A DNA stretch of 61,658 nt, from the NCBI RefSeq assembly GCF_006345805.1, contig NW_021834988.1:1-61658 (forward strand), read 5' to 3'. A program made the translations under genes and the position numbers. The first letter of the stretch is position 1, and the number at the start of each line of letters is the position of its first letter. Below the pieces are notes generated by a model. That model worked only from the letters and a program-made list of their open reading frames with translations. It had not been told where the DNA came from and ran no database searches. The DNA is from Octopus sinensis. Taxonomy: Eukaryota. This document shows positions 13,616 through 26,759 of the stretch, in pieces.

Positions 13616-13667
<52 letters not shown>

Positions 13668-13859
13668 TGTATAGTGAGACATGCAACGAATATTTGTATA
13701 TTTGTTCTTAATAGGTCTTGGCAGGTTCATACACAAAATATGCTTGTCGCTGGTAACGTACGTGATAAGAGAACCATTTTTTCTCACGAGGCTCATTGGC
13801 GCATGCACAGGATTCTGGGACACTGGTATTTTCGACATATTGTGTCACGTGTGTATGTA

Positions 13860-14084
13860 TACTCTTTACTCTTTTTACTTTTATTTGTTTCAGTCATTTG
13901 ACTGTGGCCATGCTAGAGCACCGCCTTTTATAGTCGAGCAAATCGACCCCAGGACTAATTCTTTGTAAGTCTAGTACTAATTCTATTGGTCTGTTTTGCC
14001 GAACCGCTAAGTTACAGGGACGTAAACACACCAGTATCGGTTGTCAAGCGATGTTGGGGGGACAAACACAGACACACAAGCATA

Positions 14085-14160
<76 letters not shown>

Positions 14161-14320
14161 TACGTTGGGCTTCTTTCAGTTTCCATCTACCAAATCCACT
14201 CACAAGGCTTTGGTCAGCCCGAGGCTATTGTAGAAGACACTTGACCAAGGTGCCACGCAGTGGGACTGAACCCGGAACCATGTGGTTGGTAAGCAAGCTA
14301 CTTACCACACAGCCACTCCT
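13860..14320 (-). mobile_element. SINE-B
   Basis: Full-length match to the family. Confidence 0.85.
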
Positions 14321-14725
14321 ATGTATGTATGTATTAAAGATGCGAAAATGTAAGGATCTTTTGGACTAGTACCATCACGACACACTAACCAAACCATCAC
14401 TACCATTGTACCATACCACCACGACTACCAATATTAAGTACACCAGTACCTTGCTGTTATCTACTACCATGATACACTACTAAACTATTTACGATGACCA
14501 CTGCCACCTCAGCTGTACCGATCAACCACTAGCACCAACACCAACACCAAAAAAGACCACCAACAACAACAACAACACTACAGTAACATACCACTACTAG
14601 TACTAACGTCAAGTATACTGGTATGTCATTGTTACTATGCCATCACGACTAAACCACTCCCACCACTACTACGAACATCAAAAAGACACTAGAAAACCAT
14701 CACCGCCACCAACAACAACAACATG

Positions 14726-15495
14726 TGGAGGCGCAATGGCCCAGTGGTTAGGGCAGCGTTCTCGCGGTCGTAAGAACGCGGTTTCAATTCCCAGACCGAG
14801 CATTGTGAGTGTTTATTGAGCAAGAATACCTCAGCTCCACGAGGATCCGGCGGGGAGGAGTGTACTCTTTCACCACAACTTTCTCCCACTCTTTCTTCCT
14901 ACTTCTGCCACAAAGCAGAGGAACACCATGGTGTAACCCACTATGGCGTGGTAAACTTTCAGACCCTAGTCTAGATCGCGAATCATTTGTACCCCAGGAT
15001 TGTTCAGCTCTCCACCCGTTAAAAGCCACCGTTTACGGAATGAGGATAACAACGTAGCTTTCGTTGCTGTTTGAAGGTTGTTAGATTTGCGGAAGTAGGT
15101 AATACTGGTGATGGTGGTAGTGGCGCTGGTTTCGTAGTGTCTTCTTTGTGTTGATGTTTGTGGTGGTGGTGGTGGTAGTATTGGTTTGTTAGTGTCTTTT
15201 GAAGGCATTGTAATAGCGTGGTGCTAGCGTACTCGGTATTGGTAGTAGTGGTAGCGTACTCGGTGTTGTTGGTGGTGGTGTTGGTAGTGGTACTAGTTTG
15301 CTAGTGTCCTTTTGGGGTCCGTAATGGAGGTGGGGGTAGCTTGGTGGTGATGGTATGGCAATAGTATGATACTGGTCTACATGGTGTTGGCAATGGTGGT
15401 GTTAGTATTGGTAGAAGTATTGGTAGGTTAGAGTAGGCTCGAATTAGAGATTATTCTTTGTGGCTAATGGCGTGAGTCCTGATTGGAAGAAGAAG
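14726..15495 (+). mobile_element. SINE-C with tail type 2 ((GAA)n end), carrying an inverted 370-bp insert
   Basis: Same head; tail ends GGCGTGAGTCCTGATTGGAAGAAG; matches 46335-46803 and 47785-48030. Confidence 0.8.
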
Positions 15496-15892
15496 AAGAA
15501 GAACAACAACAACAACGTCAACACCAATATCAACACCTATACTACCTCCACAATACCTGATTGCCGCCACCACAACCAACACCAAGTCGACCAGCAACAC
15601 AGTTACTCCACCATGACCACCACCACTTTACCTAACTACTACTACCGCTACAGACACCATGTAAACCAGAACCACATTAAAGTTATGCCATAAGGTTAAA
15701 CCACCACCACCACCACCACTACCACCGCTACTACCAACACCAAAAAGACACCAGCAAACCAGCACCACCACCACCACCACAACCGTGCATAACTACCACC
15801 ACCGCTATCACCACTACCACCTCCACTACCACCACCACAGAATCTGACTACTAACACGACTACCAACATCATGTAGACCATTGCTACACTAT

Positions 15893-16339
15893 TTTTTTCT
15901 TTACGACCCTCAAGGGGCTAAACACAGAGGGGACAAACAAGGACCGACAAACGGATTAAGTCGATTACATCGACCCCAGTGCGTAACTGGTACTTAATTT
16001 ATCAACCCCGAGAGGATGAAAGGCAAAGTCGACTTCGGCTGAATTTGAACTCAGAACGTAACGACAGACGAAATACGGCTACGCATTTCGCCCGGCGTGC
16101 TAACGTTTCTTATTTATTACCCTCAAGGGGCTAAACACAGAGGGGACAAACAAGGACAGACAAACGGATTAACTCGATTACATCGACCCCAGTGCGTAAC
16201 TGGTACTTAATTTATCGACCCCGAGAGGATGAAAGGCAAAGTCGACCTCGGCGGAATTTGAACTCAGAACGTAACGACAGACGAAATACGGCTACGCATT
16301 TCGCCCGGCGTGCTAACGTTTCTGCCAGCTCGCCGCCTT
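15893..16339 (-). mobile_element. SINE-A dimer
   Basis: Two units with the AAATA|AGAAACGTTAGC junction; short TSD ACACTAT. Confidence 0.85.
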
Positions 16340-16789
16340 ACACTATTGCTATACCATGCGTCTAAACCACCCTACCAATACTAACACCACCATTGCCGAC
16401 ACCATGTGGACCAGTACCATACTATTGCCATACCATCACGACCAAGCTACCCCCACCTCCATTACGAACCCCAAAAGGACACTAGCAAACTAGTACCACT
16501 ACCAACACCACCACCAACAACACCATCAACACTACAACTACTACCAACACCGAGTACGCTAGCACCACGCTATTACAAAGCCATCAAAAGACACTAACAA
16601 ACCACTAGTACCACCACCATCACCACAAACATCAGCACAAAGAAGACACTACGAAACCAGCGCCACTACCACCATCACCAGTATTACCTACTTCCGCAAA
16701 TCTAACAACCTTCAAACAGCAAGGTGAGGTCTGTTTTGGCTGCTGTTGCAGAGGAATGCCAAAGATCTGGTTATTTATAGTATTTACCT

Positions 16790-18110
16790 GTGTGCGTGTG
16801 TGTACGTGTGTGTGTGTGTGTGTGTGTGTTTGTCTGTTTGTCTGTCTGTATGTGTGTGTATGTGTTTTTGTCTCTGTGTGTGTGTTTGTCTGTGTGTGCG
16901 TGTGTGTGTTTGCGTGTGTGTGTATGTTTTTCTGTCTGTCTGTGTGTGTGTGAGTGTGTGTGTTTGTGTGTGTCTGTCTGTGTGTGCGCGTGTGTGAGTG
17001 TGGGTGTATGTGAGTGTGTGTGTTTGTGTGTGTGTATGTTTGTCTGTCTGTCTGTTTGTGTGTGTGTGAGTGTGTGTTTGTCTGTGTGTTTGTCTGTGTG
17101 TTTGTGCGTGTGTGTATGTTTGTCTGTCTGTCTGTTTGTGTGTGTGTGAGTGTGTGTGTGTGTTTGTCTGTGTGTTTGTCTGTGTGTGTGTGCGTGTGTG
17201 TATGTTTGTCTGTCTGTCTGTTTGTGTGTGTGTGAGTGTGTGTGTGTTTGTCTGTGTGTTTGTCTGTGTGTTTGTGCGTGTGTGTATGTTTGTCTGTCTG
17301 TCTGTTTGTGTGTGTGTGAGTGTGTGTGTGTGTTTGTCTGTGTGTTTGTCTGTGTGTTTGTGCGTGTGTGTATGTTTGTCTGTCTGTCTGTCTGTGTGTG
17401 TGTGTGTGTGTTGCAAGTTCATTCGTATTAGTTAGTGTTTGTGTAACACTGTACGCACGTATGTGTGTGTTTGTGTGTGTGTGTGCGCGCGTCCGGTTAT
17501 GATATATCTATAAATATGTGTGTATATGTGCGCTGAATATAACGTTAAATGTGTATATGTACGTATATCTGGTGGGGTGGGTATTTGAATGGGTGTGCAT
17601 ATATTTGAAAGTTTGTGTGTGTGTGCGTGTGTGTATGTCTGTGTGTGTATTAGCATTTCGTCTGCCTTCACGTTTTAAGTTCAAATTCTACTTTCAGAGT
17701 GGATGAAATAGGTATGCACGTATGTATGTATGTATGTATGTATGTATGTATGTATGTATGTATATATGCATGTACGTATGTATGTATGTATGTATGTATG
17801 TAAGTATCTATGTATGTATGTATGCATGCATATATGTATGTATGTATGCATGTATGTATGTATGTATGTATGTATGTATGTATGTATGTATGTATGTTAA
17901 TGTATGTATGTATGCATGTAATGTATGTATTTATGTATGTATGTATGTATGCATGTATGTATGTATGTATGTATGTATGTATGTATGCATGTATGTATGT
18001 ATGTATGTATGTATGCATGCATGCATGTATGTGTATGTATGTATGTGTATAGGTATGGATGTATGGATGTAGGTATGGATGTATGGATGGATGGATGGAC
18101 GGATGGATTG
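16790..18110. repeat. (TG/TCTG) higher-order repeat (about 84-bp period) followed by (TATG)n
   Basis: TATGTTTGTCTGTCTGTC recurs near 17035, 17116, 17201, 17285 and 17371. Confidence 0.85.
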
Positions 18111-18808
18111 TAAAGAGGTTTCAATTATGTCTTTACTGCAATGTTTTTATCCATTCAATTGTCGCTAACTTACCCCAAACCCCCAACCCCCAAACCCACC
18201 CTCCCCCAATTCTGAAGTAACGTGTGCAAGGTCCCCTACCCAAAATATCACGACCCACCACTACCACCACTACGACGACCCACCATCACCTTTGAGAAAC
18301 ACCGGGCTAGTTTGTCGAGTATGAGACGGCGATTCAAGTCCTGAGTGTAGGGACCTGTCAGTTGTGGCTCAAGTGACAGGCGAGTTGTCGAGTGAAAGAG
18401 CTTCGAGTGTCGAGTGCTGGTATGTTGGATGACGTCCTTCTAGTTAAGAGGAACGGCAAGACAGCAGCATTAAGGAAGATGAAGCTATAAGGGATGAGCT
18501 GGAATTCTCGACAGCCCCCAACAGTTACCAATGTGACCCACCCAAGTTCATACGGGGATGATTCAGGCGCTGACAACGATGACAAAGACGATGACGAATC
18601 CGATGTTACTGCTGTTTCTGCTGCTGCTGCTGCTGTTGTTGTTGTGGTTGTTGTTGTGGTTGTTGTTGTTGTAGTTGTTGTTGTTGTTGGTGGTGGTGGT
18701 GGTGGTGGTATGTACATACATACATACATACATACATTACATACATACATTACATACATACATACATACATACATTACATACATACATTACATATATACA
18801 TACATACA

Positions 18809-18839
<31 letters not shown>

Positions 18840-19200
18840 CTGTTACGCCGCACGCAGGCCTACGATGCCCACCACGGGTCCTCACACAAACAGCCGGCGG
18901 TTTGCTGACCCAGAGAAGCTCGCGTGCGACGACGCTCAGTAAATCAGAAACCCACTCCGGACAGGGAAGCATCGAAACGCAGCCAATGGAGCCAACAACA
19001 ACAACAACAAAAATAACACACACAAGCGTTGCGTAGTCAAAGTAAATTTTTTTTAACAAAACATTCAACAACAGTTCTTTGGAAAGTTCTTTTTTTTTCT
19101 TTCCTTAGTTCCTTAAAAAAAAACACATTTAACATTTAACAACACAAAGTTTTTTTTCTTTTGTTTTTAAACACAAAGTTCGTTTCTCAAAACATTTAAC

Positions 19201-19600
19201 ACAGGAATGGCTGTGTGGTAAGTAGCTTGCTTGCCAACCACATAGTTCCGGGTTCAGTCCCACTGCGTGGCATCTTGGGCAAGTGTCTTCTGCTATAACC
19301 TCGGGCCGACCAATGCCTTGTGAGTGGATTTGGTAGACGGAAACTGAAAGAAGCCTGTTGTATATATGTATATATATATATATATGTATGTGTGTGTATG
19401 TTTGTGCGTGTGTGTTTGTCTCCCTAGCATTGCTTGACAACCGATGCTGGTGTGTTTACGTCCCCGTAACTTAGCGGTTCGGCAAAAGAGACCGATAGAA
19501 TAAGTACTGGGCTTACAAAGAATATGTCCGGGGTCGATTTGCTCGACTAAAGGCGGTGATCCAGCATGGCCGCAGTTAAATGACTGAAACAAGTAAAAGA
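19201..19600 (+). mobile_element. SINE-B
   Basis: Full-length match to the family. Confidence 0.85.
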
Positions 19601-19795
19601 GAGAGAGAGTCCCTTTTCTTCTTTCTTTCTTTTTTTCTTTTCCCTTCTTTTAATAGCAGTCAACAACTCAATTCTTTTTTTTTTCTCCTTTCCTTTCTTT
19701 TAAATAAACACATTTACCAACAAAGTTCTTTTTTTCTTCTTTTCTTTTCAAACCGTTAACGTCACAAAGTTTTCTCTTTTTTTCTTAAAATATTT

Positions 19796-20216
19796 GGATC
19801 TTTTCGGTTTGAACGGCAGTTTTTTCTAGCGATGTCATATGAAATTGTCACCAATAAATATGAACCTAATATCGATCTATTGCATTTCAATCTCTTTTAG
19901 GGTTAGGGTTAGGGGTGGGGGGAAGGGGAAGGGTATCTTTTTTTCTTCACAAATGTAAATAAACCCAATCTGTTTCTTAAACGAGGGACATATTCATACG
20001 GCACAGAATGTTTTTTTACCTCAACAGACGTCAGTGATTGGTTGAAATTGCAGAAATTGAAGAAAAATAACAACAAATATCTTACAAACTATAGAATTTT
20101 CCCAATAAAGCCAAGAGAAGATGTTTTATAAAAACATTCTACCAGTATACGAAGTTTTAAATTTTTTAGTTACCTAGAAATTATGTTAAAAACTGCCGTT
20201 CAAACCGAAAAGATCC
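19796..20216. mobile_element. hAT-like MITE copy 4
   Basis: TIRs intact; TSD AAATATTT/AAACATTT. Confidence 0.88.
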
Positions 20217-20556
20217 AAACATTTAACACCAAAGTTCGTTTCCTCTAAAACATACAGAACACATTTACCGGTAACACTTTCTTCCTTTTACGTCTCAACT
20301 CGGCCAAGCGCTGCATCCCATTACCTCACTTGCCAGTCGTTCAGTTCCGGTCTCTCACCCCAACTGCCCCTCGCAAATTGGCGATACCCGGATATATGAG
20401 GCCGTCCTGCCAGTAAGAGATGCGTACCGCACGTAACAGTGCGTATTTCCCTTCCCAAAACTTTGTCTTCTTTAAACTCTCTGTGACCGCAGAGGGCCAG
20501 AGGTCAAGTGCCGACGGCCACAAGCAACCGCGCTCCCCGACAGGACAAAGGAAATA

Positions 20557-20745
20557 CCTATTTCTTTACTGCCCACAAGGGGCTAAACACAGAGGGGACA
20601 AACAAGGACAGAGAAACGGATCAAGTCGATTATATCGACCCCAGTGCGAAATTGGTACTTAATTTATCGACCCCGAAAGGATGAAAGGCAAAGTCAACCT
20701 CGGCGGAATTTGAACTCAGAACATAACTGCAGACGAAATACCGCC
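20557..20745 (-). mobile_element. SINE-A, 5'-truncated
   Basis: Body only; tail followed by GGTATTTCC on the element strand. Confidence 0.8.
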
Positions 20746-20895
20746 GACCTGAACAACTGGAACTCCGTCTCGATCCCAGCTAATGGAAAAAGGGACATAA
20801 TGTTTATTCGTTCGTCTTCATTTTTTTTTTGCGTTCGTATCAATACATACATACATACATACATACATACATACATACATACATACATACATACA

Positions 20896-20926
<31 letters not shown>

Positions 20927-21540
20927 CATTACATACATACACTGGTGGCTGCCCCCTCGTTATCGAGTATGGCCATTGCACGAAGCTTAATCAATGTTAT
21001 CGTGCAATGCCTGTGCAAGAAGATTTTTTTTAAGTGAGGAAAGGCTGTGCACTGAGTCAATCCCACTCACTAAGCAACAGCAGACATAATCCGAAAAGAA
21101 GAACAAGTCAACATCCTCGGTAACCACTGAGCCGCAGGTTTTATGTCGGAGTTATCCCAGTTACCTGAGTTACCTTCTCCTAGAAGGATGCCCTAACAAA
21201 GGCTAGGAGTCCTTCACTCCCAATGGCTTAACCGCGCGATCAGGTATTCAGTCCGATTATTTCTATGTCCTCGCGCATGATACAGCCTTAAGACATTTAT
21301 TGTATGGCCGTTGACTCTCAAGAGTTCCTCCATCCTTTGACGGGTTTTGTTTTTCATCCCGCAGTGTGTCCAATAAACACCCTCCTCACCAAGCAAGCTT
21401 GGTGGGGTTGCCGGTTTAGTCGCCGACGACCCGACCATGCAACAGGTGGCACTGGGTTACATGTTACCAGTAGGCCTCAAAAGTGACCTGACATACATAC
21501 ATACATACATACATACATACATACATACATACATACATCA

Positions 21541-21573
<33 letters not shown>

Positions 21574-23119
21574 TTTCTTCGTTCACTCTGACTTTCCCGA
21601 CTTTGGGATCGCCTTAAAAACGTTGTTAACATGTGTTTTCCGATGTATTAATGTGAATGATTTGTATCTAAATTATGTTGATACGACAGAAACGATCGTA
21701 GGTTTTGTACGGTGAATTCGACAAAGATGTGCTTTTCTCTATTTGTATTTTCGTTATATATCAAAGTAAGACTCCCATCTTCGGCCATGCACCTTCACAC
21801 ACACACACACACACACACACATGCAATGTATCTGGTTTAAAATGGCGTTGAGTGTTAGTTGTAGTTTTATGGTGGTGCGCTATATTCTTACGAAGCTGAT
21901 TGTATCCGTTTGTGGAAAATTGGGCAGATTGTATTAGTGAAGGTTAAAAAGTGAGGGTGAGTATATAAGATCCTTGTGGTACACCACTCGGGAAGTTGCA
22001 ATATTTCGATATTTTGCTCTTAACCTCGCTATTTAGCCTCATATCAGATCTATAAATGTAAAAGAAAAAAAGGTAAAGACCCGCTTCGGTCACGAATGAC
22101 CATGGGATGCACCCAGAAAGTTCCTCTCCGAGGCACAAGTCCGGGCAAGGTTGTTTATGGAAGACCAGCAGTCGCCCATGCATACCAGCCTCCTCTCTCC
22201 CCACCACTGATGTTATCCACGAGAAAAGGCAAAAGGGCCGATACAGCTTGGCACCAGTGACGTCGCGGCTCATTTATACAGCTGAGTGAACTGGAGCAAA
22301 GTGAAATAGAGTGTCCTGCTAAAGAACACAACACACAGCCCGGTCCGGGAATCGAGCTCACTACCTCATGAATTTGAGCCCGACGCTCTAACCAGTGAGC
22401 CATGCACCAGTGAGTCATAATGGCGAGTTTCTTAACCATACAGCCATGCCGGGCTGTTGCTGTTGTTTTGTCCCGTATCGAGCCTAGCCGAGTATGTTTA
22501 ATATGAAGGGTGTACGTTCCAACCGTGACCATCCATTTTATAATAGACAACAATGTATTCCGTTCTGTATTAACTAACATGAATTGCACTTTTATTTATT
22601 TTTTAATATTTTTTTGGTTGGAGGACAACAAATTTCTATTAGAAGGGAAATTGCCTGTTATTTCTTGCAAAATCCAGTGACTATGTAGAGATGTTACAGT
22701 GATAATATTATCGTTTATCCCTAGACCAGCCCTCAAGGAACAACCCACCGGACGAAAGCAGTCTTGCCGTGACCACCCCATCCTATTTTCAAAACACCAC
22801 GTCTTGGACTACGTTTTAATTTTGGTGACATTGGTGATCGTGGTGGTGGTGGTGGTGGTGGTCGTCGTCGTCGTCATGGTGGTCATCGTCGTCGTCGTTA
22901 TGGTAGTTGTTGCTGTTGGTGTTGTTGTTGTTGTTGTTGTGGTGGTGGTGGTAGTGCCAAAACGTTGGCAGTGGCGGTATTCCTGCTGATGTTGTTCTAA
23001 TTGTTGTGATGATGATAGTGATAATGATGATGGCGATGGTGGTGGTGGTGGTGGTGGTGATGCCGGGGGGTGTTGGTAGTGGTGCTGGTGGTAGCGGCAT
23101 TGGTGGTTTTTGCAATGCC

Positions 23120-23169
<50 letters not shown>

Positions 23170-23469
23170 TGTTGCAAGTGTTACTGCAGCTTGCTGGTGG
23201 CCAGCGAGGATGCTTTTCGAGGACATTGCTCTCTTTACACAACCACCATTACGAAGTCCATTCGTCTTAAATAAACAAGTTACACCAAACCTAGCAAATC
23301 ACCGCCACTACCACCACCACCACCACCACCACTACTACTACTGCTAAGTGATATCAAAATTACAAAACCGTGATTCTCCACAGAACAAAAATATCTTTTG
23401 TTGAACCACTCCTCAGCGGAGATTTTTTTTTCCTTCCATATTTGTTACCGAATCTCATGAAGTTACTTG

Positions 23470-24010
23470 ACAGAAGTGATAATAATAATAATGAAATTAT
23501 TGTATACAGTGCTCAGGTGCACCACAACTTGTCAAAAAGTGCGTATAAAGTATATGCAGTAATGTGCAAATGTCTGGGAAGTGAACAGTGTATGAGTCAG
23601 ATACACGCTTGTGTGCGTATGGAGGGGAGGAAATCAGGTGTAGTGTTGGCGAATCTCAGAAAGCATGGAAGTTTTGAAGGATGCAGTGCTCCGACAACTA
23701 ACAACTGATGCTGGCAGTTTGTTCCATGCTTCAGCAACTCTTAGCGTGAAAAAATGTTTCCTAAAGTCATGGGAGCTGTGCTGTTTTCTGACTTTGTAAA
23801 TATGTCCACGGGTGGAGTTTGAAAAGGTGCTCAGAGTTATTGTTTGTAAGATGGTTAATAGTTTTATGGGTGTCTGCCAAGTCAGCTGCCAGACGTCGGA
23901 GTTTCAACGTGTCCATGCCCAGGGAATTAAGGCGTTCAGAATATCACAAATGCCTGATGAGGCAGGAAGGAAAAAATACTGAAGGAGGACAAGATAAACC
24001 AGTCCAATGC
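23470..24010 (-). mobile_element. CR1-clade LINE 3' fragment
   Basis: Minus-strand YSERLNSLGMDTLKLRRLAADL..RKHFFTLRVAEAWNKLPASVV; short UTR and (TTA)n tail. Confidence 0.8.
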
Positions 24011-24102
24011 GCAACATCTATTTCATTTATGGATCTTTCCAATGTAATGAAGGACCTCGATCGGATTTTCACTCATTCGAACGGACGAAAATAACATTAA
24101 AT

Positions 24103-24417
24103 GCTCTTTTACTCTTTTTTTTTTCTCTTTTACTTGTTTCACTCATTTGACTGTGGCCATGCTGGAGCACCGCCTTTAGTCGAGCAAATCGACCCCGGGA
24201 CTTATTCTTTGTAAGCCTAGGACTTATTCCGAAACGCTAAGTTACGGGGACGTAAACACACCAGCATCGGTTATCAAGCAATGTTGGTGGGGGGACAAAC
24301 ACATACACACACACACATACATATATACATATATATATATACATATATATATACATATATACGACGGGCTTCTTTCAGTTTCCGTCTACCAAATCCACTC
24401 ACAAGGCTTTGGTCGGC
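24103..24417 (-). mobile_element. SINE-B, 5'-truncated
   Basis: Tail and body only. Confidence 0.8.
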
Positions 24418-24442
24418 CTGCCACCAATATAAAGAGATTGGT

Positions 24443-24650
24443 AAGGCAGCGAACTTGGTAGAATCGGTAGCACGCCAGGTGGAATACGAAGCCGCATTTC
24501 GTCCGTCTTGGCCTTCTGAGTTCAAATTCCGCCGAAGTTGACTTTGCCTTCCATCCTTTCGGGGCCGATAAGACCCAGTTTAGTACAGGGGTCGATGTAA
24601 TCGACTTACCCACTACCCCGAAATTTCTGGTCTTGTGCCAAAATTTGAAA
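24443..24650 (+). mobile_element. SINE-A variant with alternative tail
   Basis: Diverged head AAGGCAGCGAACTTGGTAGAATCGGTAGC; tail CTTGTGCCAAAATTTGAA. Confidence 0.7.
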
Positions 24651-24689
24651 TCAATATATACAGATTGCAAAAGTGGGACATCCAAGGAT

Positions 24690-26190
24690 TCTCTCGCTCA
24701 ACATGTAGAGGGCAATGAGCGCCTGACGACATTTTTGATGCCAGGCTCCCAGTTTCGGTGTTTGTATCACCCAGAACTGCATCTCCGTCGAGGAGACGAG
24801 CTCTACAAAAGACGTGCCTTATACACTGCCACTATATACGCCCACAGTTCAAGAAACTCTGCAGATGGTGAAGCATAAGCTTACATCTGCGCATCAACAG
24901 CCTTGGCATGATCAGCGCAGAGGAAGTTGGCAGCAGAGGAACCACCAGACTATTGGAACTCGTCCTTTCCGCAAGATGCTGAAGATCAGCCACCGGACAG
25001 AGTGATAAGGCAATACGGCCGATATTGTAGTTTCCTTTCGGCTCATTTCGGGGTAAGACTGGTTACCCTGCTCGTAACTTGAAGGACGAAACCGAACCAG
25101 ACAATGAACAATTTAACTGGTTTATCAGACCAGCATCTTACAATGCCTATTTCTTTATTGCCCACAAGGGGCTAAACATAGAGGGGACAAACAAGAACAG
25201 AGATAGGTATTAAGTCGATTACATCGACCCCAGTGCGTAACTGGTACTTTATTTATCGACCCAGAAAGGATGAAAGGCAAAGTCGACCTCGGCGGAATTT
25301 GAACTCAGAACGTAACGACAGACGAAATACCGCTAAGCACTTCGCCCGGCGTGCTAACGTTTCTGCCAGCTCGCCGCCTTACAATACCTATTTCTTTATT
25401 ACCCACAAGGGGCTAAACACAGAGGGGACAAACAAGGACAGACATAGGTATTAAGTCGATTACATCGACCCCAGTGCGTAACTGGTACTTAATTTATCGA
25501 TCCCGAAAGGATGAAAGGCAAAGTCGACCTCGGCGGAATTTGAACTCAGAACGTAACGACAGACGAAATACCGCTAAGCACTTCGCCCGGCGTGCTAACG
25601 TTTCTGCCAGCTCGCCGCCTTACAATACCTATTTCTTTATTACCCACAAGGGGCTAAACACAGAGGGGACAAACAAGGACAGACATAGGTATTAAGTCGA
25701 TTACATCGACCCCAGTGCGTAACTGGTACTTAATTTATCGATCCCGAAAGGATGAAAGGCAAAGTCGACCTCGGCGGAATTTGAACTCAGAACGTAACGA
25801 CAGACGAAATACCGCTAAGCACTACGCCCGTCGTGCTAACGTTTCTGCCAGCTCTCCGCCTTAGCATCTTACAATACCGTCCGATGAAGGACTGCAGACC
25901 TACAGATTTGTCCAGGTTGGTTTTTGCCCCTACCACTGCTTCGTCTTTCTTTCAAAAATAGCCCTAAATGTAAAATGGCAGCAACATATGACAAATAAAT
26001 AGCTTAAGGGTGACCTACTGAAAGTTAGCGAAAAGGTCAGGCAAAGACGGTTGCGACTATAGGGTCACTGCGTGCGCCACTCTGTACTGGGAGCATCCAA
26101 ATTAGTGTTGTGAAACCCGTTTCATGGTGATTTAAGAAGAGGAAAACCTCATCACACTTACATCCACAACTTGATTGCGGACACTAGCCT
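24690..26190 (+). mobile_element. Degenerate RTE 3' remnants interrupted by the SINE-A trimer
   Basis: FRKMLKISH near 24970; IALNVKWQQHMTNK..VRQRRLRL.GHCVRH near 25960-26080. Confidence 0.5.
25148..25862 (-). mobile_element. Three full-length SINE-A copies in tandem, 241-bp period
   Basis: Units start at 25148, 25389 and 25630, separated by ACAATACC; outer TSD AGCATCTTACAAT(G/A)CC at 25132-25147 and 25863-25878. Confidence 0.9.
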
Positions 26191-26249
26191 GGAAGCCCCA
26201 GGACCCCCGGGGCAGTAATGTTGAGGCAATAAGTATGGCGAGTGGATTT

Positions 26250-26706
26250 GGATCTTTTCGGTTTGAACGGCAGTTTTTCTAGCGGTGTCATATGAAATTG
26301 TCACCCATAATTATGACCCTAGTATCGATCTGTTGCATTTCAATCTGTTTTAGGGTTAGGGTTAGTTAGGGTTAGGTAGGGTTAGGGGTTAGGGTTAGGG
26401 TTAAGGGTGGCGAGAAGGGTATCTTTTTTTCTTCACAAATGTAAATAAACCCAATCTGTTTCTTAAACGAGGGACATATTCATACGGCACAGAATGTTTT
26501 TTTTAACTCAATAGACGTCATTGATTGGTTGAAATTGCAGAAATTGAAGAAAAAAACAACAAATATCTTACAAACTATAGAATTTTCTCGATAAAGCCAA
26601 GAGAAAAAGATGTTTTATAAACACATTCTACCAGTATACGAAGTTTAAAAGTGTTTAGTTACGTGGCAATTATTTTTAAAAACTGCCGTTCAAACCGAAA
26701 AGATCC
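26250..26706. mobile_element. hAT-like MITE copy 5
   Basis: TIRs intact; perfect 8-bp TSD GTGGATTT. Confidence 0.92.
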
Positions 26707-26759
26707 GTGGATTTTATTGCTGCGGCCTGGGTTGGAACCCGGCCATAATAATAAGTAGG

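Noticed and set aside
20341-20523. 60-aa ORF with ordinary composition
   Set aside because: No recognisable motif, no convincing splice context, and a non-ATG start.
25233-25695. Recurrent 60-75-aa ORF MRNWYLIYRPRKDERQ as a small gene family
   Set aside because: Antisense reading of SINE-A with a non-ATG start and variable ends.
26355-26410. Telomere or chromosome end
   Set aside because: The short (TTAGGG)n lies inside the MITE body and recurs in other copies.
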